Translations under genes and position numbers: made by a program
Shown: one piece after another, positions 48,153 to 58,786 of the stretch
Layout: each line of letters starts with the position of its first letter
Numbering within the stretch: position 1 is the first letter of the stretch
NCBI GenBank assembly: GCA_963724765.1
Contig: CAVRVY010000001.1
Location: 224,001 to 288,000 of the forward strand
Direction: 5' to 3'
DNA from: an uncultured delta proteobacterium
GTDB taxonomy: Bacteria > Desulfobacterota > Binatia > Binatales > Binataceae
DNA: 64,000 nt
The notes under the pieces: model-generated
What the model saw: only the letters and a program-made list of their open reading frames with translations
Told to the model about the DNA's origin: nothing
The model's database searches: none

Positions 48153-50408
48153 TTACACTAGCGGCGGCAGCGGCTCTTCCGAAACGAAGCGGGTAAGGAT
48201 GTTTTGAATCATTCGCGAGCAGTTGTTGTGGTAATTATTGTGTGAAAGGCTGCCGCAAAAAGCGATTGAGCTGACCGAAAAGACTGCACCGCCATTGGAC
48301 GTTGTATAATACACGATGTCGCCCCGCACTCTGGCGGACTGAGTGCCGCTCACTCCCGGTGTGTTGAAATACATCTCTTCAAGCACTTCGAGGTAGACAT
48401 CAGTATGCTTTTCTGAGGAAGCGAGCAGGAGCGCATGGGGCGGCGTGCCGAGCTCGGTGTCGTAGATATCCAGCTCGAGTCCGGCCGCACCACCGCCGAC
48501 CAAGCCGAAATTTCCCAGGAGCTCGTTGGCCCCAATGCCTTCAAAGATAAAGGCCACGCGGGGATCAAAGCTGTCCGGCATTCGCCGGTAATACGACGAA
48601 ACGTCAAAACCTTCGGCGACGAATCCGGTGCCTGCGATCTTTTGCGGCGCCCGTCCGCGATGGCGCCACAGGGTGCCGTATTCGCCGGTGAAGCTCAGAT
48701 GGCGTTCGCCGGGCTTCGCTTTCCAGGCTTGCGAGCCGTTTTCCTTGCGTACCTCGATGATGTTGGGGTCGCTGGGATGATAGGCGATTATCCAGTAAAA
48801 GCCGTTAGCCCCCATATAGATAAAGCGGCCACCACTGCGCTGATATGTCTGGAGCGCGTCCAGCATCGACCCAGAGTAGTACTCCGGATGCGAACCGGTC
48901 AGCACGGCCTTGTAGGGCTTGAGCAGATCGGGGCCCTCGTAGTTTAGGTCCTGGTCGGTTATCACGTCGAAATCGAACCCTTTTTCGGTAAGCCAATCGA
49001 CGAGATGTAGGTCGGCATTGAACTGCCAGAGCGAGGGTGACAGCCAGTGGCGGTACTTGGGCCGCATGTTGAGGATCGGGCGCAGGCGCGATGAGTAAGC
49101 GACCCCGCTGCCGTCGGAATGGGTGTCGTAGGTGGAGAGGCCATATTCCCGATGTTGCGCGAGAAAAAGGTCCTGGCGTTGCATAACCGGGTTGCGCGCG
49201 ATCATGAGCTGGGCGACGCTCGAGTTGGTGGTCAGATGGTCATTGGCATAAGCCATGTAGGAGGCGGTCGGAGCCAGCAGCGCGATCCGCGACTCCTTCC
49301 CGCGCAGCGGCCGCACGTAGAAGGGGATATAATCCTCCTCGTCGCCGGCGCGCAGCCGTGCCGCGTAAATCCCGCTCTTGAGCTCGACCGGTACTAGCAG
49401 CTCGAAATCGGTTTCCCACCCGGCATCGTGTAGGTCATCGTCGTGGAAATGAATCGCGCTGTACTGTTCGGGAGCATGGATGAAGTTTTGCTCTTCGGAG
49501 GTCCAATTGTAGCCGGTCACCGCTCGGGTAGGCTGGTTGATCAGAGTGCCGTGCAGCCCGTTGAAGGAAAGATCGGTGAAGCCGCGACTGGCAATCCCCT
49601 GGCGCGAAATGCCGGCGGCAAAGTCCCAGCCAGCGATTAGATCGACGGGCTTGGGACTGTCCATAGCCTCGCGCTGCAGCGGATGCCGAGCTAAAAGGGG
49701 CCGGTCGATCTTGCCATTGTACTTGCCGCCGACCTTGAGCCGCGATCCCGTCGCGTGCTCAAGCCAACCACCGATCAACAGCGGTGCGCTGTTGGCGCCC
49801 AGCGGGCCGATCGAAATGGCTTTTTCAACCGCGGCCGGCGCGGCGTCACTCGGAGCGAGCATCGCACAGCGGCCGCTCATCGCTTCTGCGATCGGTTCCT
49901 GGCTGACCGTCATGCGGCCGGCGTGCAACGAGGCGCTGACGAAGTACCAACTGCCGGCTATCAGCGGCTTGCTCGAACTGAGTCTTTCGATCTTGCCCGA
50001 GCCATCGGCCAGCCACAGTGCCGCGCATCCCGATTCGTCGATCATCAATCCGTAGCCCAGGTTCTGTGCAGAATCCCACTTGGTGATAATTCCCTGCGCT
50101 CCCTTCCCGGGAGTCGTGGGACATATCATCGCGTGGAGAGCGAAACTGTCAAGATTTTGCAGGGCCGCGCTGTCGGGCACCAGGCCGTATGAGCCGGCGT
50201 GAATCTCCTGCTTGCGCGCCGGGTACTTGCCGCTTGCCGCAGTTTTTACCGGCTGCTCCTTGAAGCCAGGGCCAGCTGGGTTGGTGTCGCCATGGATCAG
50301 CCGAACGATTTCAACGTCGTAGTAGGGGTGATCCTCGACGCTGACCATGAACTTAATCCGTTCTCCGGGGAAAACACTGAGCTTGTCACAATAGCCGACA
50401 ATTTCCAC
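48153..50408 (-). CDS. N,N-dimethylformamidase large (beta) subunit family
   Basis: 751 aa; RLIHGDTNPAGPG, LamG-like insert, IHFHDDDL, YMAYAN, YGLSTYD.H.DG, GSHPEYYS, YMGANGFYW. Confidence 0.93.
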   Translation of the reverse strand: MEIVGYCDKLSVFPGERIKFMVSVEDHPYYDVEIVRLIHGDTNPAGPGFKEQPVKTAASGKYPARKQEIHAGSYGLVPDSAALQNLDSFALHAMICPTTPGKGAQGIITKWDSAQNLGYGLMIDESGCAALWLADGSGKIERLSSSKPLIAGSWYFVSASLHAGRMTVSQEPIAEAMSGRCAMLAPSDAAPAAVEKAISIGPLGANSAPLLIGGWLEHATGSRLKVGGKYNGKIDRPLLARHPLQREAMDSPKPVDLIAGWDFAAGISRQGIASRGFTDLSFNGLHGTLINQPTRAVTGYNWTSEEQNFIHAPEQYSAIHFHDDDLHDAGWETDFELLVPVELKSGIYAARLRAGDEEDYIPFYVRPLRGKESRIALLAPTASYMAYANDHLTTNSSVAQLMIARNPVMQRQDLFLAQHREYGLSTYDTHSDGSGVAYSSRLRPILNMRPKYRHWLSPSLWQFNADLHLVDWLTEKGFDFDVITDQDLNYEGPDLLKPYKAVLTGSHPEYYSGSMLDALQTYQRSGGRFIYMGANGFYWIIAYHPSDPNIIEVRKENGSQAWKAKPGERHLSFTGEYGTLWRHRGRAPQKIAGTGFVAEGFDVSSYYRRMPDSFDPRVAFIFEGIGANELLGNFGLVGGGAAGLELDIYDTELGTPPHALLLASSEKHTDVYLEVLEEMYFNTPGVSGTQSARVRGDIVYYTTSNGGAVFSVSSIAFCGSLSHNNYHNNCSRMIQNILTRFVSEEPLPPLV

Positions 50409-50453
50409 GCGAAAATCTCCTTCCCAGCGGGGACACCGCGCCCGCGTGCCGCT

Positions 50454-50807
50454 TCAGATGCAGCCCAAATCGGCGAGCCGTTTGAGGAACACTCCATGCT
50501 CGGCCGCCTCCCGCGAGGCGAAACTCGCACTTTCGTCGATCGTCGGCGGTTCTCCGCGGACGCCCGAGAGGCGGGCGATGCGCCACTCCTGGTGGGGTTT
50601 GGTACAAACTAGGATGTACTTGCCGGCAGTTCGGAGGCCATAGCGCCGTAGATAAATCAGCAACCGTTCCAGCGCGTCGCTATGGATTCCGATCGGGTTG
50701 CGCTTATGTTCTTCGATAATTTCGTCGCTGATCAGCGGTTTGATCGTGTCGGCTAGAATCCGCGCATCGATCTCGCCATAGGCTGCATCGGCCTTAGAAG
50801 TTGTCAC
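50454..50807 (-). CDS. N,N-dimethylformamidase small (alpha) subunit-like protein
   Basis: EEH..NPIG.HSDAL.RLL.Y.RR..GKY..EWRI..L...RG.PP..AEH.VF..R; directly upstream of the large subunit. Confidence 0.82.
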   Translation of the reverse strand: MTTSKADAAYGEIDARILADTIKPLISDEIIEEHKRNPIGIHSDALERLLIYLRRYGLRTAGKYILVCTKPHQEWRIARLSGVRGEPPTIDESASFASREAAEHGVFLKRLADLGCI

Positions 50808-50877
50808 CTTCGTTATCTCCCATGGTGCTTCGAGTCAGCGCCGCGCCGCTCATCCGATTGCGCAACAGCGGCGGCTT

Positions 50878-51771
50878 TCATTCATCGACGTAGTTCTCGG
50901 CGATCTCGCGGTGGGTCGTGAACCACACGTCGGGTTTACACTGCATGTATTGGATGATGTCCTCGAAGCACTTGAGCCGCATCCCACGACCCGTGCACTG
51001 CGGATGCTGGCAGGTGGTGTACACGCCGCCCGGTATGTTTTCGTACATGTAATTGAAATGGCCGAGCCAGACCTCTTTGACCTTCTCCGGGCTCGACAGC
51101 GGCGCCGAACCATACCAGCCGTTATTCGGGTCCAGGTAGTAAGACATGAATTCATAGTGAGGAAAATCGTCGAGGTCCCACATGAATGGGATCTCGACGA
51201 TCTTCGAGGCGTTCCCGTACTTGATATCGTAGGGCTCCTCGAATTGGTATTTGTCGCCAACCCGCAGGCGATATGGGACGAAGTCGCTGCCCTGCATCGA
51301 GCTGTCGTAGAGATAGCCCTCTTCGAGCAGAAGTTGGGGCATGTCCGCGCCGTAGTCGACAATTGGCGAGCGGAACCCCGTCGGACGCGTTCCCGTGACC
51401 TTTTCGATGGCGTCGAGCTGCTGGCGCAGATAGCCGCGCATCTCCTCCACGCTGGTATTGGTTCCCAGCAGCCCGACTTCCTTGGGCTGGTGATACATGC
51501 CGTGAGAGCCGATGTCGTGACCACGCGTCACGATCTCTTTGGTCTCGCTGGGATGATGAAGCGCAGTGTGCCCGGGCACGTAGAACGTTCCTTTGATTTT
51601 GTATTTGTCCAAAAGATCAAGGATCCGCCTGAGCCCCTCTACCCCGAACTCACCGCGCGACAGCGGGTTCATGGTGTGAAATTTAAAACAGCCCAACCAT
51701 AGGCTGGTTATGTCCACATCGAACGAGAAACAGACCGCAAACCTCTTGCCACCGGGCATTTTGACTGCCAT
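50878..51771 (-). CDS. Polysaccharide deacetylase (CE4, PuuE/PgdA-like)
   Basis: FSFDVD, SRGEFG, TFYVPG, HDIGSHGMYH, GFRSP, YDSS, DD.PHY, HPQ..GR. Confidence 0.92.
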   Translation of the reverse strand: MAVKMPGGKRFAVCFSFDVDITSLWLGCFKFHTMNPLSRGEFGVEGLRRILDLLDKYKIKGTFYVPGHTALHHPSETKEIVTRGHDIGSHGMYHQPKEVGLLGTNTSVEEMRGYLRQQLDAIEKVTGTRPTGFRSPIVDYGADMPQLLLEEGYLYDSSMQGSDFVPYRLRVGDKYQFEEPYDIKYGNASKIVEIPFMWDLDDFPHYEFMSYYLDPNNGWYGSAPLSSPEKVKEVWLGHFNYMYENIPGGVYTTCQHPQCTGRGMRLKCFEDIIQYMQCKPDVWFTTHREIAENYVDE

Positions 51772-52039
51772 CTGGAGTATCCTCCTCCACGTGGTAGGGT
51801 TACCGCTTGCAACGAACGAATCGCGTTGAGGCGCTCATTAGCGCTTTCGGAATTTTTTTAAAGCGCTGAGATAGTACAACGCCTAATTTCTCAGCCACTG
51901 GCCTGTTCTTTAATTAGACACGCTCGCTGCCGTCCGCCTACGCCGACTACAGAATGTGCCTAGCACAAAACATCGAAACTCCGCAAACTAATAGTTAAAA
52001 AAATTGCCTACGGATAAACTTCCGGTGAGGCGGGCGACC

Positions 52040-52560
52040 CAGCCCCGTGCGCAAGGTCGCTGCCGTGATTGGTTGGAATCCGGTTGCGGTCATGTATACG
52101 GCCTCTTGGATGGAGCTCAATGCGTTCCGGGCCAGGATGGAACTCCGGGGCAGCTTCTCCTGATCAGGCGAACGGGCTTAGTGCCCTGAGGGTTCGACAG
52201 GTTTGTAAAGGTGCCGGTCCGACCGGTTCGCCATCAGCTTGGCAGACAACCTTCGCAACTCCTTGGCAGGGTTTTCCCGGCGCGCCCCTTCAGGCGGCTG
52301 GGACGCGGTAATCCTCGCTGCGCGCGAGCAGCGCCGATAGCACGCGTGCGTTCTTATTGGCTAATGCCACTGCTGCGATATTGGTGCCGCGCCGTTCCCT
52401 GAACGCGCCGATCCAACGGCTGCGTGGATCGCGCTTGGCGGCAGGCGAAGCGCAGCGTCGCGCGCGCCTGTGGATCAGCCAGGTGCTGTAGATAGCGGGT
52501 CGCTCCACGCTTACTGATACCGAGTAGTACGCTGCGCCCGGCGCTCGAGTGCTGCCGCGG
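52040..52560 (-). mobile_element. IS110/IS1111-type remnant: transposase C-terminus plus 3' non-coding region
   Basis: QHSSAGR..L.GISKRG and AAVALANKNARV.SALL across frameshifts, followed by a non-coding tail containing ATGGCGAACCGGTCGGACCGG...GAGGCCGTATACATGACCGCAAC. Confidence 0.75.
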
Positions 52561-52771
52561 TATGGTGGTGTTCGACGAAGCGCAGTTGGGTGGTGTTCTG
52601 AAGAATTACGCTTCGTATTACAACCAGGTCCGGACGCATCTCTTATTGGACAAGAATGCGCCGGACTTTCCGGACTTTCGGCGCCCGCAGAAGCTCGGCC
52701 TCATCGCAGCCATCTCAATTCTGGGTGGGCTGCATCACTAATATGTCAGGGTTTAGGTTTTGACTAAGCAC
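52560..52771 (+). pseudogene. C-terminal fragment and right end of an integrase-core transposase
   Basis: VVFDEAQL..VLKNYASYYN..RTHL.LDK..P and ILGGLHH.YVRV; ends GGTTTTGACTAAGCACA. Confidence 0.75.
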
Positions 52772-53460
52772 AGCGATGTCGCGCTCGGGCGTTAGCTGTC
52801 TCTGCTGTGGCCTGCCCTCGATGAGTCGAGAGGATCTTCGGCTCGAAGGCGAAGCCGGACGCCTCGGAATGATTATGACAGCGGTTGTGGTCGATGGTGC
52901 AGGCGGGAAGGAATACCGGCTGCCGATCGACGATGAGATTCGCTCGGCGGCGGAAGCCGAGAATGAAATCGCCCGCGTTTTCACGAACGTTCCCTTCTGG
53001 GATTCCAAATGAGCGAATACCTGAAGGTGGCAGCCGTACTGGTGGCGGCTCACCATTCACCGTCCACCTATTCGGGCTGACGAGATGGCGCGATCTCTTC
53101 ACGCCTCGCCAACTCTTTGCGCTTGGCACGCTTCTGAAGTACACGCGTAGCGCGACTGTAAGCGTCGGCGGATCGCCTGACTGGACTGAAGGAATTTCGA
53201 GCTATTTGGCTTGCGGTTTGGATCGACTACTCGACTTCAGCAACGTGAACACCTAATGGAAGATAGACGCTTCGACAATTAATCACTCCTTCGTCAGATT
53301 TGCACTCCCTATCATTTGAGATTTCGCCGAAGGAAATACAATCGGCGATACTGCTGGTTCATATAAAATGTGCCTTGAACGAGTGGTCACCGGACTCGAG
53401 GTAGGTGCCTCTTCCTTTCGAGGAGGAACCTCGAAAGTGTTGCGCCAGTCAGCGATTGCG
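52772..53460 (+). pseudogene. DUF1156-type adenine DNA methylase internal fragment
   Basis: MTAVV..GKEYRLP; PNERIP..FGLTRWRDLFTPRQL.AL; F.RFALPI*DFAE.N. Contains stops and a frameshift. Confidence 0.75.
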
Positions 53461-53581
53461 CCGCTTTCGCAATGCGTCACCAGTTGCGGCAACAAGAAGA
53501 AATTGCCCGTGCCGCAAAGCGACAGGACGGTCCACGCGGAATCACGGGAGGCATCTAAAGCTGAAATTCGCGACAGCTCAA

Positions 53582-54568
53582 TCAGAGTTTCGTGGCGGAT
53601 GAAACTGATTGAGCCCGCCCCACCGTGGGCGTTTGCTGCGGAGGGACCGCCGATTTGCTGACCTCGGCTTGCATCATCTCAATAAAAAGTCTGGCTTGGA
53701 GAGAAAGAAGCTTCTTTCGGCGCACTACCACCCCATACGCTCGGTTCGGAAAGTACTGCCCCATTGGCGCAATATGAAGATTCTCTCTGCCCGTCAGGCA
53801 GATGGCGGTAACAATCGATACGCCCAGGTTCTGCTCAACATACTTCTTTATCACTTCCCAGCCACCAGCCTCAAAAAGAACGCGGCACTCCAAGTCATGC
53901 TGAGCAAAGACCGTCTTGACCAGGCGCCAGGTGTTGAGGTGACGAGGCGGAAGAATCAGCCCGTGCGGGCTAATGTCGCGCAGTGTCGGTTTGGAGAGGG
54001 AGGCTAACGGATGCTCACGGGCGGTTATTAGCATTTTTGGATAGGTAAAGAGAGGCCGAAAAGAGATGTCGTCAGGTATCTCGATCATGGAACCGATTCC
54101 AAAATCAAAATCATCTGCCCGCAGCATCGCGATGCCATCGAGTCCGGTGACGTTGTGGAGACGAAAACGGATCTCTGGATACTTAGTAGAGAAGCGTTTT
54201 ACAAACTGTGGCAGCAGATAGAGCAACGTAGATTCTGCTGCCGCAATATCGAGTTCACCGCGATTCGCCATGCCCCGCAACTCGGCGAAGGTCCTAGGCA
54301 GTGCCTCTATCTGCTCAATCAGTGGCAGTGCCAGATCGAGCAGCATTTTTCCTTCCGACGTGAGTCTGATTCCCGTCCCACGGCGCCTGAAAAGTGTCGT
54401 TCCGAGCCCCCGCTCCAGTCCTCGGATTCGGAGCGAGACCGAAGGCTGTGTAAGCGATATCCGTTCGGCCGCCTTCGTGATGCTGCCCGTCAGGGCGGCA
54501 TAACAGAACCCCCTCAACTGTTGGACAAGATTACCCTTGCCGTTCGCGGAAAAGTACTGCGCGCTCAT
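53582..54568 (-). CDS. LysR-family regulator (CysB/Cbl-like)
   Basis: QLRGF...GSITKAAE...TQPSVS..I..LE..LG..LF.R, LTSEG, plus a substrate-binding domain. Confidence 0.94.
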   Translation of the reverse strand: MSAQYFSANGKGNLVQQLRGFCYAALTGSITKAAERISLTQPSVSLRIRGLERGLGTTLFRRRGTGIRLTSEGKMLLDLALPLIEQIEALPRTFAELRGMANRGELDIAAAESTLLYLLPQFVKRFSTKYPEIRFRLHNVTGLDGIAMLRADDFDFGIGSMIEIPDDISFRPLFTYPKMLITAREHPLASLSKPTLRDISPHGLILPPRHLNTWRLVKTVFAQHDLECRVLFEAGGWEVIKKYVEQNLGVSIVTAICLTGRENLHIAPMGQYFPNRAYGVVVRRKKLLSLQARLFIEMMQAEVSKSAVPPQQTPTVGRAQSVSSATKL

Positions 54569-54930
54569 AAGCTCAATTTATATCATGCATAAGTTTCATT
54601 GTCTTGGCAAATGGTTGTCAATAGTGCTGTCTTGAGAGGACCTGAGGTGCGAAATCTGAAACCGCTTAGATAATGACGGGACCACCAGTTCTGCCAAAGC
54701 CAGAGACCCGACAAGAGGGGAAAACGCCCATGCTTGGCAAGTTTGTCACAGGAGTTGTTTCAACGTCCTGTTGGGAGCTCCAGGGATGTGATCGACAAAA
54801 TGCGTCGGCTAACAAACTACGACACGGGCGTCCACCTCCAAAAAAAGGCCCTCTAAAAAACTCGACGAGATCGTTGCTCGCGCAACCAAAAAAGAACGGA
54901 GGTTACGTAAACATTTTGGGGGATTCGAAA

Positions 54931-55197
54931 ATGAAGAATTTAAAGGCAGCTTTTATCTTGCTCGTTGCTCTCGCTGTCGTGAGCCTGAATGGCGGTCTGG
55001 GTATGGCTGGCGGGGACGGGAGCTCGGGGAACCCAAACTGCGAGGTCGCTGCGACAGTTGGTATCGAACAACTGGTTGCTGACTATTACGGCGAGGTGAG
55101 GCTGACTTCGGAGGGTTGGAAGTTCGAGCTGTGGGAGCCGACCGAGGACGAGCCATCGGAAATCCCGGGCTGTTTAGCGAACAACCAGAATCCCTGA
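54931..55197 (+). CDS. Short secreted protein; probably an internally deleted paralog of 55370-56026
   Basis: Signal MKNLKAAFILL..GLGMAGG; C....VGIEQLVADY resembles C.....VAIDQLWDAY. Confidence 0.5.
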   Translation: MKNLKAAFILLVALAVVSLNGGLGMAGGDGSSGNPNCEVAATVGIEQLVADYYGEVRLTSEGWKFELWEPTEDEPSEIPGCLANNQNP

Positions 55198-55369
55198 GAT
55201 GTGAAAATTAGTACTTCATCCGACCGTGAAGTGAGGTCGCCCGGTGTCGGATTTGAGTAGTGTATGAGGATATACACCATTGCTGTCGGGCGCGTTCGCT
55301 TAGCAAGACGTGATCAAACCGCCAGTAGTGAAAAAATAACATTATAAAACGCTTGGGGGACGGATAGAT

Positions 55370-56026
55370 ATGAAAGACTTAAAACTGCTCTTTCTCTCGT
55401 TGCTTGCAGTCGCTGCTTTTGTCCTGACTAGCGGTCTGGCTCGGGCTGGAGGACATCAAGCGCCAATCAATCCGGTTAAAACGTGCGGCGTGGGCCCGAC
55501 GGACGACATCGTCGCGATTGATCAGCTATGGGATGCTTACGCACACAACCTAGATTCTGGCGATGCGAAGGGTGTGGCAAACCTGTTTACCCACGACGGT
55601 GGTTATATCCTACTGTACAACAATCGTGTGACTCAGACGTTGGTCCCTATGGGATACAGCCCTACCACGACCGGCAACGGGACCAGCGGTACTCCTGGCG
55701 GTGGATGCACGGCGCTGGGCTACAACGCGATTGTTAACTTCCTAACCAATATCGGTCTAGGCAACGATTACCCACGGGCACAACTTTCGCATCATATCGT
55801 TACTAGCAAGTGCATCGACGTGCAAGGTAATCAGGCTACCATGACGGCCTACTGGAATGGACTCACGGGTCCTAACGACGAAGTATCCCCTCCCACCACA
55901 ACTACGACGGTGTCTGACGGCGGTCAATACGACAATACCTACGTGAAAGTTAACGGAGTCTGGAAGGCTGACCAGAATCGGGTCATCTTCGATACGAATA
56001 TCGTTGATTATCCTTGTCTGAACTAA
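55370..56026 (+). CDS. Secreted NTF2/SnoaL_4-like protein
   Basis: Signal peptide; IDQL..AYAHNLD.GD...ANLFT.DG; SHHIVT..IDVQGNQA; GQYDNTYVKVNGVWK. Confidence 0.85.
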   Translation: MKDLKLLFLSLLAVAAFVLTSGLARAGGHQAPINPVKTCGVGPTDDIVAIDQLWDAYAHNLDSGDAKGVANLFTHDGGYILLYNNRVTQTLVPMGYSPTTTGNGTSGTPGGGCTALGYNAIVNFLTNIGLGNDYPRAQLSHHIVTSKCIDVQGNQATMTAYWNGLTGPNDEVSPPTTTTTVSDGGQYDNTYVKVNGVWKADQNRVIFDTNIVDYPCLN

Positions 56027-56199
56027 TTAAGTAGTACTGCGAGCCCGAAGTGCGGAGTCCGACTCCGCACCTCGGGTCAGACCTCAAAATCCAAGGTCTC
56101 TTTTGAACGACGATCGATCCCGCTGCTAGCTCGGGCTTGGAACAGGGACCGCCTTTTGGGTTTAAGTGTGTCCTCCTTGTCTGACGGAACCGCACCGTG

Positions 56200-56614
56200 G
56201 AGCGCTCCGGACACGCGCAGGAAGCTTTTACAGGGGCCGGCGGGAAAAGGGTTTGGTTGCGACCAACTGGCGGAGATGCAAAAGATCATCGACGCCGAGA
56301 AGAGTGACCTCTTCGATGTGCTGGCCCATGTTGCCTATGCACTGCCGCCGCTGACACGCGAGGAGCGCGCTACCAGGGCCAAGGTCGTTATCAGCACCCA
56401 CTTCAACAGGAAGCAGCGGGTCTTCCTCGACTTCGTGCTGTCGCATTATGTGAGCGTCGGGGTGGATGAACTCGACCAGGAAAAGCTGACGCCGCTGCTC
56501 CACCTGAAATACCACAACTCCATTGCCGACGCGGTGGCTGATCTCGGAAGGCCCGAAGAGATCAGCAAGGTTTTCGCTGGCTTCCAAAGGTTTCTGTATC
56601 AGGAGGCCGCGTAG
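56200..56614 (+). pseudogene. Type I restriction enzyme HsdR (EcoEI R C-terminal) fragment
   Basis: QLAEMQKIIDAEKSDLFDVLAHVAY..PLTREERA..FLDFVLSHYV..GV.EL..F.GFQ.FLY; N-terminus missing. Confidence 0.82.
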
Positions 56615-56891
56615 CTGCGTCTCGACGTCCTGTGCGGCCTGCTCGGCGGGCGATTATCTACTCCGGCCCGGCGGGACGACCCAGACGCGAAACTTCGGCA
56701 TTGTGCTGGAACTGAAGCCGCCGTATCTGGCGCGCGTGTGCTCGTGACTGCGGGTTGCCACTCACTCAGGTACCTTCAGGTAACATCCAAGCGTAGAACT
56801 AATCCGGACGGAGGAACCGACCCGGAATAGCCATAGACCCTAGGGGGGGGCGTTGGTTGTTTCGGGTGTTTTCATTTTGGAGGACGAAGGC

Positions 56892-57113
56892 TTGATCAGC
56901 GCGCAGCGACTTTTATCGGCAACAGACGTCACGCGGGTCTGCGGGATCTCCCGGACGGCGCTCTCAAAGATGCGACTCAGAGGCGATGGTCCGCCCTCGA
57001 CGAAGGTCGGCAGCGTAGCCATCACCCCACTCGACAAGTTCCTAGACTGGATTAGTCGGGAACTCAGCCGGGTATCGCGGCCTCGTTGGCTCCGGAAGCT
57101 AGCCAGGTGGTAG
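56892..57113 (+). CDS. AlpA/excisionase-like HTH protein (possibly degenerate)
   Basis: RLLS..DV..VCGISR..LSKMRLRGDGPP..KVG. Confidence 0.6.
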   Translation: MISAQRLLSATDVTRVCGISRTALSKMRLRGDGPPSTKVGSVAITPLDKFLDWISRELSRVSRPRWLRKLARW

Positions 57114-57630
57114 GCGATGGTCGTCGCATTATATCTGGAAGGGCGTATCGCGCTGGTTCATCTATTCGCCCAGCAAGTTCGGCTATTCGGCCTTCAGCCG
57201 GGACGACGCGATTCAGGAAGCCCACTTAATGTGCGGCGACGATCTCCGGCTAGTTCCGGGCACCGCGTCGGGAGTTTCCAATGCAACCTAATCAGCCCGT
57301 GGCGCGGCTTTTCCGTCTTGGGGACGGCCAGCACTGGCCGTCGTCGATGGCCACTATGGATGCGCTCGCGCCAACGCGGCGCGAAGCCTTAGACCTAATC
57401 CGCGCCGAGCTGATGATCGACATCGAGGTATAGTCGGGGACGGCCTAATTTCCATGCCCGGACTTGGTTCATGTGCGATTGAGAACCGAGCGCGGACGCC
57501 GGAGCGGCGATATACACACGCGAATGCGGCTGCCGTGGGCCTACTGGATCCGGCAGAAGAGGCGGAGATCGACCGACTTGCAGCGAACGACGGCTGACGC
57601 AAATAGATAAAGCCGAAAAGGAGAAGTTCA

Positions 57631-58311
57631 GTGGACCGAGAACATTACGCACAGTTGACCGACGAAAGGCCGGTGCCGCATGCCCCGCTGCCGACATCCG
57701 GCTCCGAGATGCTGCGGCCGGACCAATGGAATCAAGAACAAGCGCTACGCGATCAGATGCGTGCCGTTGATTCCGAGGTGATAAAAGAGGCGGACGACAC
57801 GGCTGAGGCGCTGCGTATGCGGGAGCAGGCTGCCGAGTTAGGCGTCCGAGAGATCGCGTGGAAGTCGGCGATCAAGGGTGCAGCGCAAGGTCGCAACCGG
57901 GCCACGTGCTTAGCCAACAAGATGATCGCTGACTACGAACGGCGAATTGTCCCCACCAAAGAGGCCGAGGGCCTAACTGGTTTGCGGCGACTGATCGAGG
58001 AGATCGAGGCCGGACAACATGCCGCGATCGATACGATGATGCTGGCCCGGAACCAAGAGGATATGGAAACCGCCGCCGCTAACGAGGCGGCACCGCAAGC
58101 TGACGTAAACCGGGGAGCGCGCGGGATGTCCGATCGCCAGGCCTACGACTGGTTGGTTGAGCGCGGCTTAAGGCTGCGCTTGCGCAAGGGTGTGATCGAG
58201 GTCGCGCCCAAGGACGCGGCTACCTTCCGGGAAAGGGCGATGGTCAGGCTCCATCGCGAGGGGCTGACGGGATTGCTTCAGCAAATGGCAGACTTTGGGC
58301 CGGTCGATTGA
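57631..58311 (+). CDS. Hypothetical coiled-coil protein with C-terminal TubC_N-like segment
   Basis: C-terminus L.ERGLRLRL..G.I.VAPK......VRLHREGL..LL; RBS GGAGA. Confidence 0.55.
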   Translation: MDREHYAQLTDERPVPHAPLPTSGSEMLRPDQWNQEQALRDQMRAVDSEVIKEADDTAEALRMREQAAELGVREIAWKSAIKGAAQGRNRATCLANKMIADYERRIVPTKEAEGLTGLRRLIEEIEAGQHAAIDTMMLARNQEDMETAAANEAAPQADVNRGARGMSDRQAYDWLVERGLRLRLRKGVIEVAPKDAATFRERAMVRLHREGLTGLLQQMADFGPVD

Positions 58312-58343
58312 CCGGTCCCATTGGGCGGCGGGTACAGGATCCA

Positions 58344-58786
58344 TGAATAGACCTCGAATATTGCTTGTCGCGCTTGCGGTTCAGCTTCTCACGCTAGGCA
58401 AGGCGCACGCGCAGTATGCGTATGTCACACACCCCAACATGTTGGTCAAACAAGGTGCAACCACCGCAGTGTTACCTGGAAATCCGTTCCGTGCCTTCGT
58501 CTACTGTGTAATCGCGAGCCCCGGTAAGGGTCAGTCGCTTGCGCCTTCAGTCGTGACAATGGGCGACGCTACAAGAGGCGTGGCCGTACAGTATCCCGAT
58601 CGCCCACCGCAGCTTTGGGGGAGTACTGGCGAGATCTGGGTCTTCTCGGATCAAGTCGCCCTGATTTCCTGCACCGAGCTTGCTATTCCTCCATACCGAA
58701 CGCGGCAGCGGCGAAAGCTTGGTCGGACCTCGGAAACCGCACCGTCACCGGATATACAAACCGGACACGCCGAAAAAGCTCAATGA
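58344..58786 (+). CDS. Hypothetical secreted protein
   Basis: MNRPRILLVALAVQLLTLGKAHA signal peptide. Confidence 0.45.
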
